Assembly: GCF_023055435.1 (NCBI RefSeq)
Contig: NW_025963802.1
Span: 742,355-806,354 of the forward strand
Direction: 5' to 3'
DNA: 64,000 nucleotides
Origin: Haliotis rufescens
Lineage: Eukaryota
The notes under the pieces are model-generated. The model was not told the origin of the DNA, did no database searches, and saw nothing but the letters and a program-made list of their open reading frames with translations. The position numbers and the translations under genes were made by a program. Positions 1 to 9,629 of the stretch are shown here, one piece after another. How positions within the stretch are numbered: position 1 is the first letter of the stretch; the number at the start of each line of letters is the position of its first letter.

Positions 1-29
1 TTGCTGGCGAGACAAGGTGAAATGGGGTT

Positions 30-240
30 TAACGCCATGTTCAAGTGTGGTGTGGTGTGGTGTGGTGTGGTGTGGTGTGGTGTGGTGTACCTCAGACTTT
101 TGCCTGTTTTATAGTCCTAGCCCACTTAGATACCATGCCACAGTTTAACATGAATACCCCACTCCGACACAGTAAGCGAATCCAAGCTGACCAGTCCTTG
201 TTTTATCCCCTAAATGACGAGAGCCGGGGAGGGTAACTAG
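30..240 (-). mobile_element. Microsatellite-tailed interspersed repeat (copy 1, with a (TGTGG)n tail)
   Basis: Positions 100-235 (tacctcagacttttgcctgttttatagtcctagcccacttagataccatgccacagtttaacatgaatacccc...) match the reverse complement of 8990-9200. The ORFs 45..236(+) and 8893..9153(-) both read MPQ(F/L)NM.TPLRH, a mirror of this repeat. Confidence 0.55.
46..88. repeat. (TGTGG)n microsatellite, about eight units
   Basis: Direct reading. Confidence 0.95.
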
Positions 241-504
241 TACAAACTTTTAATGTCTTGATATATAAACAGGGGCTCAAACCACCCTTATGCTCTCCAG
301 GCAGGCGCTCTATCCACCACCAGGAAGACAGTCCTTTGTTGCAGAAAGCTGTGATAGGTTGCCATAGCTACTATATCCCAGAAGGTGGCAGAGTTCACTT
401 CATCCTCTATCACTATTACAGTCAAGTCTACAAGATGCTGTGGTTGACATTAGATTGACGTGGTCTTCAGCTCTCCATTGTGAAGAAACCAGGTGTTGTC
501 TCAG

Positions 505-830
505 ATGCTGGTTTGTTAAGAGCATGAATGTTATTAACACCGCACTCAGCAATATTCCAGCTATATGATGGCGGTCTGTAAATAATTGATGATGTACCCT
601 ACAATCCAGTGACTGACATCATGAGCATCGATCTACATAATTCGGATACGATGACATGCATCAACCAAGTCACTGAGCCTGACCACCCAGTCCCATTAGT
701 CGCCTCTTAGGACAATGGAATGTTAAGAAGCACCGACCACCAGCTCCACCTAGTGGCCTGACTTGCCAGCAGTAAAGGGATCCTACTCTGCCCTGGAACC
801 AGCAAGTAGTAAAACCATACACCTCTGCTG
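505..830 (-). mobile_element. SINE-A copy (diverged)
   Basis: Contains accgcactcagcaatattccagctatatgatggcggtctgtaaataattga...catgcatcaaccaagtcactgagcctgaccaccc, homologous to the 3828 copy. Confidence 0.6.
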
Positions 831-1329
831 ACACAATACAAACTGCAAGGGTCTCAACACAACACCAACAATATTTTGCCGAAAACCTTGAAAACCTTGC
901 AAAACCTCAGACAACAAAAACAAACAAATATTAACTGTTACACACAATATATTTTAATGGCGAACAAAATTATATGTAGCATATACATAACATCAACATT
1001 ACAGTTATAAAATGAGTCCTTACATGTTTAAATGCATTGTCATGATTTATGAAACCTAAGAAATATATCTCCACCAGACGTATCCATTAACCATTTTAAC
1101 CAGTACTTATATCTGATTCTTTATGGCTAAATGTCTGACAATAAGAATGCATAACTTGCAATAACAGAAATCTGACAATATGTTTGTGGGACATGATGCA
1201 CATGAACTGGGTGATTGTATATATATTGTGCTGAATAAAACATCATGAGGCAAACAGACTTATACAATTTTCACGAATGGTGTAACCTTGAATTGTTTGA
1301 TAGGCATTACTTGCTTGACAACGGCTTTT

Positions 1330-1440
1330 GTTTTGTTTGTTTGTTGTTACCTCAGCACTCAGCAATATTCAAGCTATATGACGGCGGTCTGCAAATAATC
1401 AAGTCTGGAGCTTGACAACGGTATAACGATTTATACCGAA
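1330..1440 (-). mobile_element. SINE-A fragment
   Basis: Reads ttgtttgtttgttgttacctcagcactcagcaatattcaagctatatgacggcggtctgcaaataatcaagtctgga. Confidence 0.55.
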
Positions 1441-2217
1441 ACGACGTCTTTACAGTAATAAAAAATCTCTCCATAAATTGTGTCTACTTTGGTGTAACCT
1501 TATCTCAAAGTCCTCCCAGTTTGTTGCTAGTCTTTTAACAAGACAAAAATGTTTACTATATTTATGTTTTCTATCAGTTTTCTTCAATTCCAATTTGCAG
1601 CAACATTGAAGCATTGAGAACTGGTTCAGAACTATAGCTCTCAAATGCTACTAATCTACGAGGACTAACATCCCTGGTTTTCTGGATTTTAACCTGTCCT
1701 CATTACAATTAGTTGTCTTGGGCTAGAGTGCTTGTGTGAATTTCACAGGCTGGCAAACTTTACTTATTACTCAGATCATACATTCACCTGGCCAGATTAA
1801 TCCATTCTATTAATTTCAAAAATATTTCTCATCAAAACGGATCCTGAATCCACTACTACTCAGGTTACAGGAACTTGACCTGTCCACGATGCCATTGATA
1901 GAAAAATGTTACACCCAAGTTACACAAATCGGCTCAAAATGACAAGCCAATGAGTAATACAGTTCCTAATACAAAAGCCATGTAAACATCTGAGTCTCTA
2001 GCCTCGGCAAAACATGTGAAACTTGAAACTCAAAAGAGTATGTCAAATGACCAGCCTTTCATTTATTCCTCTCCTATTCTTACCAAACCATTCAATAACC
2101 ATAGCCTTCATCCATACAAGTGTGCAATATCTGCATTCCATGGATGCAGGTCTGTTCCTTGTTGGGAGACAATTCCTCCCAAACCACAATGAGTGTCATG
2201 TCAATTTCAGTTGTGTT

Positions 2218-2343
2218 TCACATGGGAGCTGGGAGGTCCTTGACGCTTCCGAAGCACTCCTCATACGTGTCCTCGTAGTCCTCGTGAGGTTTGATCAGCA
2301 CCATGCAGAGCTGGCGGTGGGAGTTGAGGGCCGAACCAAGGTC
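2218..2343 (-). CDS. NHP2: NHP2 terminal coding exon, including stop
   Basis: Acceptor is tacacag at 2350-2344. It translates DLGSALNSHRQLCMVLIKPHEDYEDTYEECFGSVKDLPAPM*, matching the NHP2 C-terminus DLG...VIMVKPHEEYQEAYDEC. The four exons sum to 462 nt, giving 153 aa. A candidate poly(A) signal aataaa lies on the minus strand near 2067..2062. Confidence 0.75.
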   Translation of the reverse strand, partial: DLGSALNSHRQLCMVLIKPHEDYEDTYEECFGSVKDLPAPM

Positions 2344-2424
2344 CTGTGTACATGGCAACAATAAATATCATAAAGTACTTAAAAAAACAATCAAAGAGGA
2401 ATTGGTTAATTCCATGATTGATCG

Positions 2425-2540
2425 TTTGTTGCTTAATGACACACTCAGCAATATTCCAGCTATAATACGGCAGTCTGTAAATAATTGAGTCTGGACGAGA
2501 CAATCCAGTGACTGACATGAGCATCAATCTGTAACTTTCA
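2425..2540 (-). mobile_element. SINE-A fragment (NHP2 intron 3)
   Basis: Reads cacactcagcaatattccagctataatacggcagtctgtaaataattgagtctggacgagacaatccagtgactgacatgagcatcaatc. Confidence 0.55.
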
Positions 2541-2654
2541 CATGGTTACAACAAATGAATTACGGTATAAAACCATTTTGTGTTACACAAGACTTAATGT
2601 GATGATACACCTAATATCTGCTAAGATAGGCAATTACCATGTTCATGTTAACAG

Positions 2655-2945
2655 TGAGTGAGTGAGTGAGTGAGTTTGGTTTAACGCTGCTTTTAACAGT
2701 ATTCCAGTTATATCACAGCGTGTCAGCTTAATGTGGGAGGAAAGCCCAAAGTGATGTAAGTCTCAGATGTTTACCACTTCAGTGAAACCCATGAGCACGG
2801 GTATGGTGCTGACAAACCTAGAAACATAATCAGGGCGAACTGGGATTAGAACCCACAATCATAGGTTTCTGGCGTGCCCAAGGGACACAACTCTGCACAG
2901 CGAATCACGGCGCCTTAGACGACTGGTCCACCGGTGCCCCCCAAC
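2655..2945 (-). mobile_element. SINE-C copy (tRNA-derived head ggcccagtcgtctaaggc..gggttcgaatccc; shares its 3' domain with SINE-B), NHP2 intron 3
   Basis: The reverse complement matches the 43693 copy. The plus strand starts (gagt)n...tttggtttaacgctgcttttaacagtattccagttatatcacagcgtgtcagcttaatgtgggaggaaagccc. Confidence 0.75.
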
Positions 2946-3079
2946 CCTGCATCTTAACAGTTTATATTATATTTAATTACTTGGATTAACAGAACCCAGT
3001 GGTTAAGTGAACGCTCTTTCAGTCTACAATATTCCAGCTCCATCACGGCAGCATGTACATGATCCGAGTCTGGACCAGA

Positions 3080-3260
3080 CAAGCCCCAGTGCCTGAGTGA
3101 GCTTGGTTTTACGCCGCTTTTAGCAATATTCCATCAATATCACTTGGGGAGAGAAACCAGAAATGGGCTTCACATATTGTACCCATATTGGGCATCGAAC
3201 CTGGGTCTCGGGGGTAACAAACAAACGCTTCAACCACCAGGCTCACCCCACCGCCCAACC
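3080..3260 (-). mobile_element. SINE-B copy (tRNA-derived head, (ACTC)n tail), NHP2 intron 3
   Basis: The reverse complement matches ggcggtggggtgagcctggtggttgaagcg...gggtacaatatgtgaagcccatttctgg...tgatggaatattgctaaaagcggcgtaaaaccaagctcactca. Confidence 0.7.
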
Positions 3261-3319
3261 AGTGAAGAAATGATCCATGCAACTGTGACATGTAGCAGAG
3301 ACTGGTCAGCTGGACTTAC

Positions 3320-3425
3320 CTCCTTTGAGGGGACGTAGCAGTAGGGGATGTTGGCCTCCTCACACATGAGCGGCACATGGCAGATCACCTCCACTGGGCT
3401 CACATTGCCAGCTATCACCACAAGG
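3320..3425 (-). CDS. NHP2: NHP2 coding exon 3 (phase 2 in, phase 0 out)
   Basis: Acceptor is tgtttcag at 3433-3426. It translates [35 protein letters not shown], matching the NHP2 core VLAGDTLPIEVYCHLPVMCEDRNLPYVYIPSK (L7Ae fold). Donor is gag|gtaagt at 3319-3314. Confidence 0.8.
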
Positions 3426-3439
3426 CTGAAACACACACG

Positions 3440-3660
3440 GAAATCTGTGTCAATTTTCATCCTGCTTGACTAACACAACGCTGCCTCAAAATTCATCCCG
3501 CTTGACAACATAACCCCCCACAACAAATTTCATCCTGCTTGACTATATACCCCACCCTCAAATTTGATCCTGCTTGACCCCAGAACACCCCCTCAAATTT
3601 CATCCTGCTTGATTCCCCAAAACACTGCCTCAAAAAGCATCCTGCTTCACTCCCACTGCC
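3440..3660. repeat. Intronic minisatellite (about 40-bp unit, six copies) in NHP2 intron 2
   Basis: The motif cctcaaa(a/t)ttcatcc(c/t)gcttgac repeats with spacers of variable length. Confidence 0.7.
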
Positions 3661-3827
3661 TCATATAATTTTAGTACCAACAAGCAGAGGAACATATAGC
3701 TGTACATAAAAGTAATATTCTATTCCCACATTTATCATGTGCGACCGAGGGCAGAGGTGATTCTTTACCAGATTTAAATGTACAGTTATGTATTCCCATG
3801 CACCATGTAAAGATACCAAAGAAAGTT

Positions 3828-4097
3828 GGTTTGGTTGGTTTGTTGTTTGACGCCGCACTCAGCAATATTCTAGCTATATGACGGCGGTCTGTAAATAATC
3901 GAGTTTGGACCAGACAATCCAGTGATTGATATCATGAGCATCGATCCACACAATTGGGATCCATGACAGTGCATCAACCAAGTCAGCGAGCCTGACCACC
4001 CGATCCCGATAGTTGCCTCTTACGACAAGCATAGTCGCCTTTTATGACAAGTATGGGTTGCTGAAGACCTATTCTACCCCGGATCTTCACGGGTCCA
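3828..4097 (-). mobile_element. SINE-A copy (tail GTTTG-rich on the plus strand, i.e. (CAAA)n on the element strand), flanked by an 11-bp TSD ccaaagaaagt; lies in NHP2 intron 2
   Basis: This is the full-length consensus-like copy. The direct repeat ccaaagaaagt occurs at 3817-3827 and 4098-4108. It shares the domain cgccgcactcagcaatattccagctatatgacggcgg, which is the reverse complement of the 3' domain of SINE-B and SINE-C. Confidence 0.75.
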
Positions 4098-4124
4098 AAG
4101 AAAGTAAAACATCAGAATACATAC

Positions 4125-4197
4125 CCTTTCTCGCCTTTGCGGATTGCCTTCTGTACTTCCCGGACTCCTTGTACGAGATGTTTTGGCTGCTTGTAAG
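4125..4197 (-). CDS. NHP2: NHP2 coding exon 2 (phase 1 in, phase 2 out)
   Basis: Acceptor is ttccag at 4203-4198. It translates (A)YKQPKHLVQGVREVQKAIRKGEKG, matching NHP2 ...GVKEVQKFVNKGEKG. Donor is gg|gtatgt at 4124-4123. The reading frame runs on from exon 1. Confidence 0.75.
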
Positions 4198-4397
4198 CTG
4201 GAACAAATAGAGTAAGTATGTATTACACCTGGACTGACGACAGGAGAGACCTCTGATTCAAACAAACAAGCAATTTAACACAACATGACATGTTACAAAA
4301 CAAAACTACAACCTGAGTATAAGTTTCATGACCACAGACTTGGTCAAGTCTGTTTGGCAAAAGATATTTCTGCAATGACTCTAATAACCCCTCAAAT

Positions 4398-4575
4398 TAG
4401 GGATCAGGTGGTCAGGCTCGCTGACTTGGTTGATGCATGTCATCGATCCCAATTGCATGGATCGATGCTCATGATGTCAATCATTGGATTGTTTGGTCCA
4501 GACTCGATGATTTGCGGACCGCCATCATATAGCTGGAATATTGCTGAGGGTGGCGTTAAACAACAAACAAACAAA
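4398..4575 (+). mobile_element. SINE-A copy in the opposite orientation (NHP2 intron 1)
   Basis: The reverse complement matches SINE-A. It ends ...ccgccatcatatagctggaatattgctgagggtggcgttaaacaacaaacaaacaaaaac. Confidence 0.7.
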
Positions 4576-6608
4576 AACAAAAAAGAGGACAGATAACGAA
4601 GTGTAATAAATTCTCTCTCCATGACTCTGTCAGGTGATTGGGTGAGTATGACTTTGCTCAGCTTTCAACAATATCATTGTGGTCTTCACACTTTGTGCCA
4701 ATGTGGGAATCAAACCTGGATGGTACTTATTGTGAAACTTTGAAAACAGATACAAATGCTGAACTGTAGGTAGGGCAACTGCAGAGTTAAGAACTGGTGC
4801 CTTTTGTCAGTTAGGACTTTGAAACACTGTCTCTGGGTTTCCATGGGACAAATTTCAACTAGGGGTAGGGTTTGTGTACAGCATCTTCCCAAGGCAAGGT
4901 TGTTAACTGACCACAAAAGTCCAGTTTCCACCATGACCGAACGAGGCTGGAATTTCCAGGCTCAACCGTAGTGCCACTAGTGGCTATTACCACTCTTGTC
5001 CCTTCTATGTCCATCCTATTGACCAATAAGTTTCCAACGTTCGTATCGTTTGCATTTGATTAAAACAAAATGGTGACGCCCAATTAAGATGATCTGATTG
5101 ATAATCGAGATCTATTTTAAGGGTAATGCTATTTTTCAGGGCATTATCATATGCAGAAGCCCGAGGTCTTCCATTAACTACCTGACAAAGGAGGGCAGTT
5201 GAAAAGACTGAGGGCTTCTCCAAATGATGATGCCCTGAAAAATAATGTTACCGTTATTATAGCTAAAATGGATGGAATTTGTTACTAAATAAAGAGAAAC
5301 AACAATATTGGTTTTGAAACATTTACTGCAATCAACACAAATGTCACTGACCCACCTTTACAGATATGGAAACGTCACAGAACAAACCAGATGACGTCAC
5401 TATTGACGGTGACGTTGCCTATCCCTATGACGACACCTAACAACGGGCATGATTAAGGCCCGTCATCAAGCAATATGAGGGCATTATCAAGTTACAGTGG
5501 CCCGCTCATTTCTGATAACATGCGTGGGGTTTAATGATAATTCTATCCATTTTAGCTATTAATAGTAATAAATCAGGTCTTGCCCCACGAAGTGCATCAA
5601 ACCACATGAACCGATTTTCAAGTTTACAAGTTGATGGTACACTTGCTTTGCAAATCCTGCACGCTGAAATCCATGTTGTTAACGAATTGGGTGTCAAGTT
5701 CGTTTCGCGATTTTTATTGGACTATGCATAATCTTCTTAGTCCAACCAAATGTAACTCCAGAATTCCAGCCTAGTACGGCAATGGTGGAAACTGGACTTT
5801 TATAGTCAGTTAACTTCCCTGCCTCGGGAAGATGGTGTACAGTAGCTAACTTATACCCTTTCAGTTTTTCTCTAAGTCTAAGACATGAATGATTAATTAG
5901 TTAATCATGTCTCATTTTGAGAACACGATTTTGAGTTGTTCACATAAAATGTGTACGAACAGGATTCAAAACAAAGTCATTTCAGCAAATGGTCCAGGGT
6001 ATTCATCACGATAGAAAGGAGACAAAATAGCCTGGACAACTAGGCCTAAGCATAAAGTACACAGCAATGAGTATTTCCACAGAACTCAAACAAAAGACCA
6101 TAACTTTTTGTAAATTCAGTTTGGCAAATGCAACTACATACGTTCTATGCTTAATTTTTGGGTGCAGGTAACACATTACATATTTGAGCATATCACATCA
6201 CTTCCGAGATGTACACTTACGATGTGATGTTTAGTAGCACATACGGTACATACTATGTAACAGTCTTATGTCCAGTTCACTGGACCGCAGGGATCCACTT
6301 TTTGTGCGTAATATGCAGGAATATGGCATGGTAAAATTCCTTTTGGAAATTATACATACACATATTCGCCTGGGTAGTTTCTACATACGTCTCCACCAGC
6401 ATAACAGAAATTAGCCGCCGCTTGTTTGTGTACAAACCAAAGTTTAACAATTGTAATTTCGGCAAGGCGTTGAGACACAATATACTACAGCCAGTGTATT
6501 ACGTGTGAACATCAGGTTTCTGGAATTGCGAAGTTTGCAACAAACGGCATGGCCAAAATAACCTTTGGGGCATCAAGTGGGAAAAGACTCCAAAGCCCGC
6601 TGCTTTAC

Positions 6609-6765
6609 CTTTCTTTGCCGTCTTGTACAAACGCTTTGTCAGTTTACGAGATGCTAGAGGTGCAGCTATCGGACATAAATAGCGGATCTTTTCATCCCAC
6701 GAGTCTTCTCTCTCTTCGTCTTCGCCTCCCTCTGACTTGCGCTTTTCTTTCTTATCCTTGCCCAT
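6609..6765 (-). CDS. NHP2: NHP2 (H/ACA ribonucleoprotein subunit 2, L7Ae family) coding exon 1, 52 codons plus 1 nt
   Basis: Minus-strand ORF 6499..6765 begins MGKDKKEKRKSEGGEDEEREDSWDEKIRYLCPIAAPLASRKLTKRLYKTAKK. The lysine-rich N-terminus and the ...PLASR(K/R)LT(K/R)(R/K)LYK..KK motif match NHP2/NOLA2 as recalled from vertebrates. Donor is g|gtaaag at 6608-6607. Confidence 0.75.
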
Positions 6766-6784
6766 GTTAATATTTCGTTAGTCG

Positions 6785-6835
6785 CCGAAGTGTGTGTTTG
6801 TTGTCTAACCACGTGTTTTCAACCGGAAGTACCCT
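6785..6835 (-). promoter_or_regulatory. Putative NHP2 core promoter motifs (ETS/GABP-like CCGGAAGT and E-box CACGTG) just upstream of the NHP2 ATG
   Basis: The plus strand reads ...aaccacgtgttttcaaccggaagtaccc... within about 70 bp of the NHP2 start codon at 6765. ETS and E-box sites are typical of ribosome-biogenesis gene promoters. This rests on motif matching alone. Confidence 0.3.
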
Positions 6836-7589
6836 TTCTTTCAAAGCAGTAAATACAAGGCTCGCAGAAATAATATAGACCAAAGTCAAAATTGTCTTTC
6901 TTTTACCAAAATCATACTTTGCAAAATAACATATTGTTTAAATCCCTAACTGTGGAACATGAAAATCACAAATTAAACTGTACTAACTTGATCTTTCACT
7001 CCCCCAACTACCTAATTGGTGTTCACTAAAACAAGAATTTAACTCGACGAATGTGGATTCAGCTTCATATTGTTGTAAACTCTCTCATATTGATGAAAAT
7101 GACTAGACACTTTGCCACAACTAACATTATGTCAACAAATTAAAAGAAATTATTTCAAAGTTGCATCTTTAAAACGTGAATGGACCTGGGTTCAGTGCCT
7201 GCCCTTACAGACAACAAAGCCCCGTTCCACAAAGCGAGCCCACCTGTGACGATCGTTACTCGACATACTTGAATATATATACTTATAATCGTGGAACCAA
7301 GATCGTTTTGTGCAACCGGGCCCAATTTGCTGTTCCTAATTGCCTGCTCAAATTCTTGTGACAGAGGCTCAATTTTTTCAGTACGAAATCCCCCAAGACA
7401 TATCCTGTCGGATGATCAAAGGTTTGGCGGGTGATCATATAACATATGCTACATCAAAACTAATAGCGGATTGTCACATGCTGTCTGAAAAGGTGATCAT
7501 CAACGACTGTGAGAAAAAAACGTTATTCCCAAGGGCACTACAGAAATTTAATGTCCTCTATCCGGCTTCCCTTGTGGATAAGAAATGCT

Positions 7590-8935
7590 TCAAATCACCT
7601 AGTGTGTGCACGATCTCACCATGCTGTAGATCTGATAGAGTGATCGTCACATTATGAAGTGATCAGAACGTGTTATATCACCTAGTGGGTGATCACAACA
7701 TGCTATATCACCTAGTGTGTGCACGATCTCACCATGCTGTAGATCTGATAGAGTGATCGTCACATTATGAAGACCTAGCGCGGGTGACCATAATAACTAT
7801 GCTTGTGTACATCATAATGGGTGATCAAAATATACTGCATCTTATCGTGGGTGATCACAACCTTTTATTCAACTAGCGGGTGTTGAAAACATGCTACACC
7901 ACCAAGCGGGTTATGACAACATTCTATATTCACCTATCGGGTAAAAAACATACCATGATACATCACCTAGTGGGTGATCACAACATGCTATATCACATAG
8001 TGGGTGATCACAACATGCTATATCACCCAGAAGTGATCAGAACGTGTTATATCGCCTAGTTGGTGATCACATCATGATATATCACACAGTGGGTGATCAC
8101 AACACGCTATATCACCCAGAAGTGATCAGAACGTGTTATATCGCCTAGTGGGCGATCACAACATGCTTTATAACCTAGTGGGTGATCACAACACGCTATA
8201 TCACCAAGAAGTGATCAAAACGTGTTATATCACCTAGTGGGTGATCACAACATGCTATATCACCCAGAAGTGATCAAAACGTGTTATATCACCTAGTGGG
8301 TGATCACATCATGATATATCACACAGTGGGTGATCACGCTATATCAACAAGAAGTGATCAAAACGTGTTATATCACCTAGTGGGTGATCACAACATGCTA
8401 TATCACCCAGAAGTGATCAAAACGTGTTATATCACCTAGTGGGTAATCACAACATGCTATATCACCTAGTAGGTGACCACAACGTGCTATATCACACAGA
8501 AGTGATCAAAACGTGTTATATCACCTAGTGGGTGATCACATCATGATATATCACACAGTGGGTGATCACAACACGCTATATCACGTACTATGTGACATAG
8601 TGGTTTGTTTGTTGTTTGACGCTTCACTCGGCAATAGTCCAGCTAAATGACGGTCTGTAAATATTCGAGTCTGGACCAGACAATCCAGTGATCGACATCC
8701 TGTGCATCGATCCACGCAATTGGGACACGATGACATGCATCAACCAATTTTAAGTCAGCGAACCTGACCACCCGATCCCGTTAGTCGCCTCTTGCGACAA
8801 GCATAGTCGTCTGTTTGGGCAAGCATGGGTTGCTGAAGACCTGTTCTACCCCAGATCTTCGCGGGTCTCACATAGTGGGTGATCACAACACGCTACATCA
8901 CATAGTGGGTGATCACCAAATAATACATCACATAT
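7590..8935. repeat. 30-bp satellite (unit about gtgatcacaacatgctatatcacctagtgg, alternating with a ...cccagaagtgatca(a/g)aacgtgttatat variant, so a 60/90-bp higher-order unit), interrupted by a SINE-A
   Basis: About 40 tandem units with a regular alternation of two or three unit variants. The palindromic core GTGATCAC (containing TGATCA) recurs in every unit. The array lies in the NHP2-PUF60 intergenic region. Confidence 0.85.
8600..8876 (-). mobile_element. SINE-A copy inserted into the 30-bp satellite, with a 9-bp TSD acatagtgg
   Basis: The satellite unit ...gtgacatagtgg is interrupted by gtttgtttgttgtttgacgcttcactcggcaatagtccagc...gatcttcgcgggtc. The satellite then resumes with tcacatagtgggtgatcac. 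Confidence 0.75.
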
Positions 8936-8939
8936 ATAT

Positions 8940-9243
8940 CTTCTAGCGTGTGTGTGTGTCTGTGTGATTCAGCTCGCAGAGCCGGACGTCGGTGGCTCGA
9001 TACCCTGGCACAGTCATGTACCAATAGACGTTTACAGCTGGTATTTCTTCTTACCCTGGCTGGCGTTCGCCATAAAGGAGATATAACGAGGACTTGTCGG
9101 CTTGGAGTTAGTATTCCGTGTCTGAGTGGGGTGGTCATGTTCAACTGCGGCATGGTATCTCAGTGGGCCAGCACTATAAATCGGGCATAAGCCCGGACTA
9201 TCAAAAACAGCTGCACACACACACGCACGCACGCGCGCGCATG
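8940..9243 (+). mobile_element. Microsatellite-tailed interspersed repeat (copy 2, with a (CA)n(CACG)n(CG)n tail), immediately upstream of the mariner MITE
   Basis: Shares the segment catgttcaactgcggcatggtatctcagtgggccagcactataaatcgggc plus a CA/CACG-rich tail with the copy at 27465-27600. Confidence 0.55.
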
Positions 9244-9245
9244 TA

Positions 9246-9629
9246 CGAGGGGCGTTCAATAAGTTTTGCAACTTCAATATAAGACCAAGTCGCAGAATAT
9301 CTGGGCTGTAGGCTAAGTCTGGGCTGTAGGGTGGGTGATTTAACTGTTCGAACCCAGACTTAGCCCCCACTGACTTTTTCCTGTTCCGGCAAATGAAATC
9401 TGCCCTACGTGGAAGACGCTTCCAGGATGACGAGGACATAACGGCTGCCAAAGAGGCGTGGTTGGAGGGCCAATCTGCGGATTTCTATAAAAGTGGTATT
9501 AAAAGCTTGAAGGACAAATGGAATAAGTGTATTGAGGTGAATGGAGATTATATTGAAAAATAAAAGTGCAAAAGATATTCTGCGACTTGGTCATATATTG
9601 AAGTTGCAAAACTTATTGAACGCCCCTCG
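9246..9629. mobile_element. Mariner-derived MITE (internally deleted mariner) with 58-bp terminal inverted repeats and a TA target-site duplication
   Basis: Segment 9246-9303 (cgaggggcgttcaataagttttgcaacttcaatataagaccaagtcgcagaatat) is the reverse complement of 9572-9629. TA flanks both ends at 9244-45 and 9630-31. The interior, read on the plus strand, encodes the mariner transposase C-terminus NPDLAPTDFFLFRQMKSALRGRRFQDDEDITAAKEAWLEGQSADFYKSGIKSLKDKWNKCIEVNGDYIEK*. The adjacent HPPYSPD part is readable only on the minus strand, which points to a small internal inversion. Confidence 0.8.

Noticed and set aside
9032-9451. 139-aa minus-strand ORF containing an HPPYSPDLA motif
   Set aside because: It spans the microsatellite-tailed repeat and the TIR of the mariner MITE. 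The motif is the remnant of the transposase inside the MITE (internal inversion), not an independent gene.
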